Shown one piece after another: positions 59,014 to 64,000 of a stretch of 64,000 nucleotides of DNA (its first letter is position 1; every line of letters starts with the position of its first letter). The stretch comes from Bryobacteraceae bacterium (GTDB lineage Bacteria; Acidobacteriota; Terriglobia; Bryobacterales; Bryobacteraceae). A program made the position numbers and the translations under genes. The stretch covers positions 14,448 to 78,447 of the forward strand of contig DATJRE010000239.1 of the NCBI GenBank assembly GCA_035505095.1, given 5' to 3'. The notes under the pieces are model-generated. The model was not told where the DNA came from and searched no databases. It saw only the letters and a list, made by a program, of their open reading frames with translations.

Positions 59014-59519
59014 AGACAAAGTTTTGGGCCGGGAAGGAAAACTCCCTGGCCGCCTTTGCCATCGGGATCGCCTGTATCGCGGTGGTCGTGGGAGCGGTGG
59101 TCTACATGCAGCGCGGGGCGCGCGTGGGGCTGATCGGCAAGGTCCTCAAGGTGCGAACCGCGCCGCTCGATGAGAACAGCTCCCTGGTGGTTCTGGATTT
59201 CCGGTTCACCAATCCGAGCAGTTATCCGTTTATGGTGCGGACGGTGACGGTGGTATTGGAGGAGAAAGACGGGAAGAGCTACGAAGGCGACACCGTGGCG
59301 GCAGTGGATGCCAACCGTCTGTTTGACGATCTGCCGCTGCTGGGCCCGAAGTTCAACGACACCCTGGTGACGCGGGACAAGATCCCGCCCCAGACTTCGC
59401 AGGATCGCATGGTGGCCGCGCGGTTCAACGCCCCGGAATCGAGGCTTGGGGCGCGCAAGCGCTTCGTGATCCGCATCGAGGAAGTCGATGGCCAGATTAC
59501 CGAGCTTTCCGAAGGCTAG
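59010..59519 (+). CDS. hypothetical membrane-anchored protein
   Basis: 169 aa. ATGA overlap with the upstream stop. One N-terminal TM (LAAFAIGIACIAVVVGAVVY), then a beta-rich domain. Confidence 0.55.
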   Translation: MKTKFWAGKENSLAAFAIGIACIAVVVGAVVYMQRGARVGLIGKVLKVRTAPLDENSSLVVLDFRFTNPSSYPFMVRTVTVVLEEKDGKSYEGDTVAAVDANRLFDDLPLLGPKFNDTLVTRDKIPPQTSQDRMVAARFNAPESRLGARKRFVIRIEEVDGQITELSEG

Positions 59520-60852
59520 TGGGCTGTCCGGCTTTCCGCCTGCTTACACCCGCGCCGCGGTAACCGTGGCCGGGCGCCCGACCCGGAGGGCGCCCCGCGA
59601 GGGAGCCGTCCCCAATTCCTGGCTGGGCCACCACACGGTCAATCTGACGGCCCTTCTGTGGATCTTGACCGGCTGCCTGGTGTGCCCGGCGGCGCGGGCG
59701 CTCACCATACCCGCGGGGACCGAAGTGCAGATCCGTTTGAAGACCAAGGTCTCGACCACGAGTTCGCACGTCAAGGACCCGGTGGAGGCAGTGGTGATTG
59801 CTCCCGTGATGGCGGGCGGCGTGTTTGCCGTTCCGGCAGGCGCGGCCGTGCATGCCGCCGTAGCGAAGGTGGCGTCCTCCATCAAGCCCGACGAACGCGC
59901 GGTGCTGGCGCTGAGCTTCACCACGTTGGAATTCGGCGGCACGAAACACCCGCTGGCGGCGCGCCTGATAGAGGTGGACAACGCGCGCGAAAAGGTGGAT
60001 GACCAGGGACAAGTCCAGGGCATCCTGGCTTCCGATACGATTACCGGCAAGCTCGACGAGCAGATCGGCAAAGTGACCGAGAAGTATGCGGGGCTGGGCG
60101 GCTTTCTCAACCAGGTCAAGAGCGCGGTGCTGCAGCCGGCCCAGGACGACATTACTTACGATGCCGGCGTGGAGATGACGCTGAAGCTGACGGCGGCCCT
60201 GGTGTTGAAGAACCCGGGTGGCGCGGGTCCGGCCGCCAAACTGCGGCCCATGCCGGATGAGGCGGCGCTGCTGGCCCTGGTGGCTCGCGAGCCATTCCAG
60301 ACGGTGGCCCAGAAGCCGCCCAAGCCCTCGGACCTCACCAACCTGATGCTCATCGGCAGCGAGGCGGCCGTGCGCGAGGCGTTTTCAGCGGCTGGATGGA
60401 CCGCGGCCACCAACCTGAACCCGCTCTCCAAGTTTGAGACGCTGCGCGCGCTGGCGGAGGACCGCGGATACAGCGAAGCGCCGGTGTCGATCCTGATGCT
60501 GGATGGCAGGCCGCCGGACATGGTTTTCGAAAAACTGAATAACACGTTTGCGCACCGCCACCATCTGCGGATCTGGCGGCGCCCGGAAACCTTTCTGGGC
60601 CAGCCGGTATGGGCGGTGGCCGCCACCCACGATATCGGGATCAACTTTTCCCAACAGGACCGCACCTTCATCCACCGGGTGGATCCGCGGATCGACGGCG
60701 AACGGGCCAAGGTGGTGACGGACCTGCTGTTCACCGGCAAGGTGCAATCGGTGGAGCTGGTGGACCGGCCCGCCGTGCCGGTGAAGACCCAGAACGCCAC
60801 CGGCGACACCCTGGAAACCGACGGCCGGCTGGCGGTGCTGGTGTTGCAATAA
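59488..60852 (+). CDS. LssY C-terminal domain-containing protein
   Basis: The C-terminal half (FSAAGWTAATNLNP...RHHLRIWRRPETFLGQPVWAVAATHDIGINFSQQDRTFIHRVDPRIDGERAKV) matches my memory of LssY_C. The start is uncertain: 59488 overlaps the upstream gene by 32 nt. Confidence 0.6.
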   Translation: MARLPSFPKASGLSGFPPAYTRAAVTVAGRPTRRAPREGAVPNSWLGHHTVNLTALLWILTGCLVCPAARALTIPAGTEVQIRLKTKVSTTSSHVKDPVEAVVIAPVMAGGVFAVPAGAAVHAAVAKVASSIKPDERAVLALSFTTLEFGGTKHPLAARLIEVDNAREKVDDQGQVQGILASDTITGKLDEQIGKVTEKYAGLGGFLNQVKSAVLQPAQDDITYDAGVEMTLKLTAALVLKNPGGAGPAAKLRPMPDEAALLALVAREPFQTVAQKPPKPSDLTNLMLIGSEAAVREAFSAAGWTAATNLNPLSKFETLRALAEDRGYSEAPVSILMLDGRPPDMVFEKLNNTFAHRHHLRIWRRPETFLGQPVWAVAATHDIGINFSQQDRTFIHRVDPRIDGERAKVVTDLLFTGKVQSVELVDRPAVPVKTQNATGDTLETDGRLAVLVLQ

Positions 60853-61045
60853 AACCGTCTCTGCGTGGAGCGGATCTCAATATGCATTCTGGCGTCGGGG
60901 GCGAGCCAAACAAAAACCGGTGCTTGGTGCTTCTCCCTCTTCATCTCCGCGCCTCCGCTTCTCCGCGTCAGGAGCTTCCGCCCGCGGAGGCCTCGGCCGC
61001 AAGTTTCGGGATGCGCGGGACGCCCGGACAGACGAAGATAGAAGC

Positions 61046-61723
61046 ATGGACTGGCCCGGCATCCAGGCAGAACTTAGCAGCTACGGCTGCGCCGTGATCC
61101 CGCAGCTTCTGGCGTCCGCCGAGTGCCTGGCTCTGCGCGACCTGTACCCGCGCGACGACCTGTTTCGCAGCCGGATCGTAATGGCGCGCCATGGTTTCGG
61201 GCAGGGTGAGTACAAATACTTCGACTATCCGCTGCCGGACACCGTGGCCGAGTTGCGCACGGCGCTTTACCCGGGTCTGGCCGCCATTGCCAACGCCTGG
61301 AACGAGTCGCTGGGGGAAAGCGCCCGGTATCCTCCCGTTCATGCCGCGTACCTCAAAATCTGCCATGACGCCGGCCAGGCGAGGGCCACTCCCCTGTTGC
61401 TGGCCTATGGGGCGGGCGATTACAATTGCCTGCACCAGGATCTTTACGGCGACCTGGTATTCCCGCTGCAGGTGGCCGTTCTGCTTTCGGCCCGTGGCGA
61501 TTTTACCGGCGGCGAATTCGTGCTGACGGAACAGCGTCCGCGCCGCCAATCGCGCGTCGAAGTGGTGTCGCTCGATCAGGGCGATGCGGTGGTGTTTCCG
61601 GTGAATCACCGCCCCGTGGCCGGGGCGCGCGGGGTGTACCGGGTGACCATGCGGCATGGCGTGAGCCGCGTCCGCTCGGGCTGCCGGCATACCCTGGGGA
61701 TTATTTTTCACGACGCGCAATGA
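61046..61723 (+). CDS. 2OG-Fe(II) oxygenase family protein
   Basis: Start MDWPGIQAEL. HxD...H triad candidates CLHQDLYGD and TMRHGVSRV, with basic RHTLGIIFHD near the C-terminus. Confidence 0.75.
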   Translation: MDWPGIQAELSSYGCAVIPQLLASAECLALRDLYPRDDLFRSRIVMARHGFGQGEYKYFDYPLPDTVAELRTALYPGLAAIANAWNESLGESARYPPVHAAYLKICHDAGQARATPLLLAYGAGDYNCLHQDLYGDLVFPLQVAVLLSARGDFTGGEFVLTEQRPRRQSRVEVVSLDQGDAVVFPVNHRPVAGARGVYRVTMRHGVSRVRSGCRHTLGIIFHDAQ

Positions 61724-62391
61724 CTTCTTTGTTCGAAGACGACCGGCCGCGCTCTTCGGAGCCTTTGGAAGAAGGCGCCGTACTGCTGCGCGGTTTCGCC
61801 GCGGGCGAGGCGGCGGACCTGCTGGCGGAAGTGGAGCGGGTGGCGCAGGCCGCGCCCTTCCGGCGCCTGGTGACGCCCGGCGGCTATACCATGTCGGTGG
61901 CCATGACGAACTGCGGCCGGGTGGGCTGGGTCTCCGATCGCCGCGGCTACCGCTACGATCCCACGGACCCGGACAGCGGCGCGCCTTGGCCGGCCATGCC
62001 CGCGCGGTTCCTCGATCTGGCGCGGCGGGCCGCCGCCGACGGCGGATTTGCGGGCTACGATCCGGATGCCTGCCTGATCAACCGCTATGAGGCCGGGGCC
62101 AAGCTGGGTCTGCACCAGGATCGCGACGAAGAGGACGATTGGGCGCCGATCGTTTCGGTCTCGCTGGGATTGCCCGCGGTCTTCCTGTGGGGCGGCAAGC
62201 GCCGCGCCGATCCGGTGCGCCGGCTGCGCGTGGAGAATGGCGATGTGGTGGTATGGGGCGGCCCGGCGCGGTTCGTCTACCATGGCGTCGCGCCGCTCAA
62301 GGGCGGGCAGCATCCGCTGACCGGCGGCGTGCGCATCAACCTGACGTTCCGCAAGGTGTTCGGTGCGCCCGGTCCGGGCGGTTCGGCTTGA
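61720..62391 (+). CDS. alkB: DNA oxidative demethylase AlkB
   Basis: ATGA overlap with the upstream stop. PGGYTMSVAMTNCG..GWVSDRRGYRY...INRYEAGAKLGLHQDRDE...VWGGPARFVYHGV...RINLTFR. Confidence 0.9.
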   Translation: MTSLFEDDRPRSSEPLEEGAVLLRGFAAGEAADLLAEVERVAQAAPFRRLVTPGGYTMSVAMTNCGRVGWVSDRRGYRYDPTDPDSGAPWPAMPARFLDLARRAAADGGFAGYDPDACLINRYEAGAKLGLHQDRDEEDDWAPIVSVSLGLPAVFLWGGKRRADPVRRLRVENGDVVVWGGPARFVYHGVAPLKGGQHPLTGGVRINLTFRKVFGAPGPGGSA

Positions 62392-62405
62392 TACCATGGG
62401 GACCA

Positions 62406-63167
62406 ATGCGGGGTTTTGGGATTCTGATCGCGGCAGTGCCGTTCTCGATCGGGCTGGTGGGTGCGCAACCGGCCGCGGCTCCGGCGCCCGCCTTCGATTC
62501 GGCCTCGGTGCAGGCGGTGCCGACTGCGGAGGACGAGTTCCGGTCCGTGCTGGGTACGGCCATCCACGGCGAGGTCCGTCTGACCAACGCCACGATGATG
62601 GAGTGCCTGCGGTTCGCCTTCGGAATCGACAATAATTTTCAGATTGAGGGACCGGACTGGATGCGGTCCGGGGAATATCGCTATAACGTCACCGGCACGG
62701 CCCCCGCCAATACCTCCCTTGACCAGCTTCGCCTGATGCTGCAGAATCTTCTCGCCCAGCGGTTCCGCATGACCCTGCGGCGCGAACCGAAGCAGTTGGC
62801 GTTTCTGGCGCTGGCGGTGTCGCCGAAGGGGCTGAAGCTCCGGCCCGCCAGGGATGGCTCGGATGCTTCCGGCAACGCGCAGATGCTGGGGAAGATCTCC
62901 TCCAACAGCATGTCCATGACACAGTTGACGACGCTGCTGTCGCTGTTCCTGGGGCAGCCGGTGCTGGATCGGACGGGCCTTCAGGGATTTTTCGATGTGA
63001 AGCTGCAATGGAAGCCGGAAACCGCGGCGGGCGACGATCGGGCGGCGGTGAACCAGGCGGTTTTCGGGGCGCTGGAGGAGCAACTCGGGCTGGTGCTCGA
63101 AAAGAAGCAGGGGCCGCTGGAGGTAATCGTGGTCGACCAGGCGGAGAAGAAACCCATCGGCAACTGA
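62406..63167 (+). CDS. TIGR03435-family (soil-associated, Acidobacteria-enriched) periplasmic protein
   Basis: Signal peptide, then PAFDSASVQ... ATMMECLRFAFGI...QIEGPDWMRSGEYRYNV...MLQNLLAQRFRMTLRRE...LEVIVVDQAEKKP. Family assignment is from memory. Confidence 0.7.
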   Translation: MRGFGILIAAVPFSIGLVGAQPAAAPAPAFDSASVQAVPTAEDEFRSVLGTAIHGEVRLTNATMMECLRFAFGIDNNFQIEGPDWMRSGEYRYNVTGTAPANTSLDQLRLMLQNLLAQRFRMTLRREPKQLAFLALAVSPKGLKLRPARDGSDASGNAQMLGKISSNSMSMTQLTTLLSLFLGQPVLDRTGLQGFFDVKLQWKPETAAGDDRAAVNQAVFGALEEQLGLVLEKKQGPLEVIVVDQAEKKPIGN

Positions 63168-63192
63168 CGCGGCCGGAGGGCGCCGCTAGCCG

Positions 63193-63777
63193 CTAGCCGG
63201 GGTCCAGCTCGTCATCTCCGTCGTCGGCTTCGCCGTCAGCCTCGCAGCCGAAGCCATCGAACAAGCCGGGCTGGGGGTTGGGCGGAACGTAGTCGCGCCC
63301 GAGGTTCAGCCGGAGCGGGCCGTGCGCGCGGCCATCGGCCCAGGAACTGGTCTGGGTGCGGGCGGCGTTCTGGGCCAGCCAGTCGCAGCGGTTGTTGTCC
63401 TCGTGGGCGGCGTGACCTTTGGTCCAGATCCAGGTGGTATTGTGGAGGGCGGTTAATTCGTCGAGCTCGATCCACAGGTCGGCATTGCGCACCGGGATGT
63501 TGCGCTTCCACCATTGGCGCCGTTTCCAGCGGGCCACCCATTGCGTGATGCCCTGCCGGACGTATTCGGCGTCGGTGGTGACCTCGATTTCGCACGGCTC
63601 TTTAAACGCCAGCAGGCCCTGAATGGCGGCCATCAGCTCCATGCGGTTGTTGGTGGTGAGAGGATCGTAGCCGAAGAGTTCTTTCTTGATGGCGCCAAAC
63701 CGCAGGATGCAGGCCCATCCACCCGGCCCGGGGTTGCCCAGGCAGGAGCCATCGGTAATCAAAGAAGCCTTCTTCAT
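63193..63777 (-). CDS. rnhA: ribonuclease HI with acidic C-terminal extension
   Basis: Start MKKASLITDGSCLGNPGPGGWACIL. TNNRMELMAAIQGL, TDAEYVRQG, WTKGHAAHEDNNRCDWLA. Followed by about 45 extra residues ending in a D/E-rich tail. Confidence 0.9.
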   Translation of the reverse strand: MKKASLITDGSCLGNPGPGGWACILRFGAIKKELFGYDPLTTNNRMELMAAIQGLLAFKEPCEIEVTTDAEYVRQGITQWVARWKRRQWWKRNIPVRNADLWIELDELTALHNTTWIWTKGHAAHEDNNRCDWLAQNAARTQTSSWADGRAHGPLRLNLGRDYVPPNPQPGLFDGFGCEADGEADDGDDELDPG

Positions 63778-63910
63778 GGTTTTGGCGGCCCGTGCCACCG
63801 GCGCCTGCCGATCCCGCTGCGCCCATGCCTGTGGCCCCTGTGCCGCCGCCCACACTTCCCGCCGCCGATACTACCAGCCCCGTGCCGGCTGGCCGCCGGT
63901 CCCCAGCCGC

Positions 63911-64000
63911 TTACCCCCTGGTCAGTTCCGCCAGTTGGTTGGCGCGGCGGATGGCTTCGCCGCGGTCGAGGTCGCGATAGCGGTCGGGGAGCAGGCTCTT
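63911..64000 (-). CDS. 3' end of an unidentified gene (truncated by the window edge)
   Basis: Reverse translation gives ...KSLLPDRYRDLDRGEAIRRANQLAELTRG*. Only 29 codons are visible. Confidence 0.3.
   Translation of the reverse strand, partial: KSLLPDRYRDLDRGEAIRRANQLAELTRG

Noticed and set aside
60853-61045. Ada-box-like A-rich tract (CAAACAAAAACCGG, ~60906-60920) upstream of the 2OG-oxygenase/alkB pair
   Set aside because: It is only a loose resemblance to AAANNAAAGCGCA. No ada gene is in the window. It cannot be supported from sequence alone.

Overview
High-GC (roughly 63-65% by eye) bacterial chromosomal segment. Gene content points to Acidobacteriota (inference): two MacB-like duplicated 'ADOP'-type permeases (one behind a PadR gene), a TIGR03435-like protein, a BlaI/BlaR1-like pair, DUF4159, DUF3303, DUF3047, and a TonB receptor with a carboxypeptidase-regulatory-like N-terminus. 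I call about 55 protein genes, densely packed on both strands. I recognised no rRNA, tRNA, CRISPR array, transposase or integrase. Recognisable blocks are listed below.
- speA.
- Two large hybrid histidine kinases flanking ogt, plus an Hpt-REC protein.
- An OMF-YtcA-HlyD-FUSC efflux operon.
- A sigma54 activator, RidA and TrxB.
- A MarR-ClC operon and a MarR-MFS-isochorismatase block.
- A 2OG-oxygenase/AlkB pair and rnhA.
The most unusual locus is 46.7-53.1 kb on the minus strand. It holds a stand-alone retron-like reverse transcriptase with an intact YADD site and a ~130-aa N-terminal extension. A 225-nt non-coding region packed with perfect inverted repeats precedes it, as a retron or DRT-style ncRNA would. 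No recognisable effector gene is present. The RT sits directly downstream of a tightly coupled five-gene lipid cluster (DUF3047, SDR/epimerase, PAP2, GNAT-fold, Spt-like alpha-oxoamine synthase). That cluster resembles the bacterial ceramide/phosphosphingolipid pathway. Other items worth a look:
- An 11-unit, ~23-bp-period degenerate tandem array in a divergent intergenic region (14.58-14.83 kb).
- A His/Cys-rich internally duplicated small protein.
- A ~0.78-kb stretch without a credible ORF (4.1-4.9 kb).
- An 11-bp perfect hairpin built from the last codons of two convergent genes.
All product calls come from reading motifs in the supplied translations. No database search was run.
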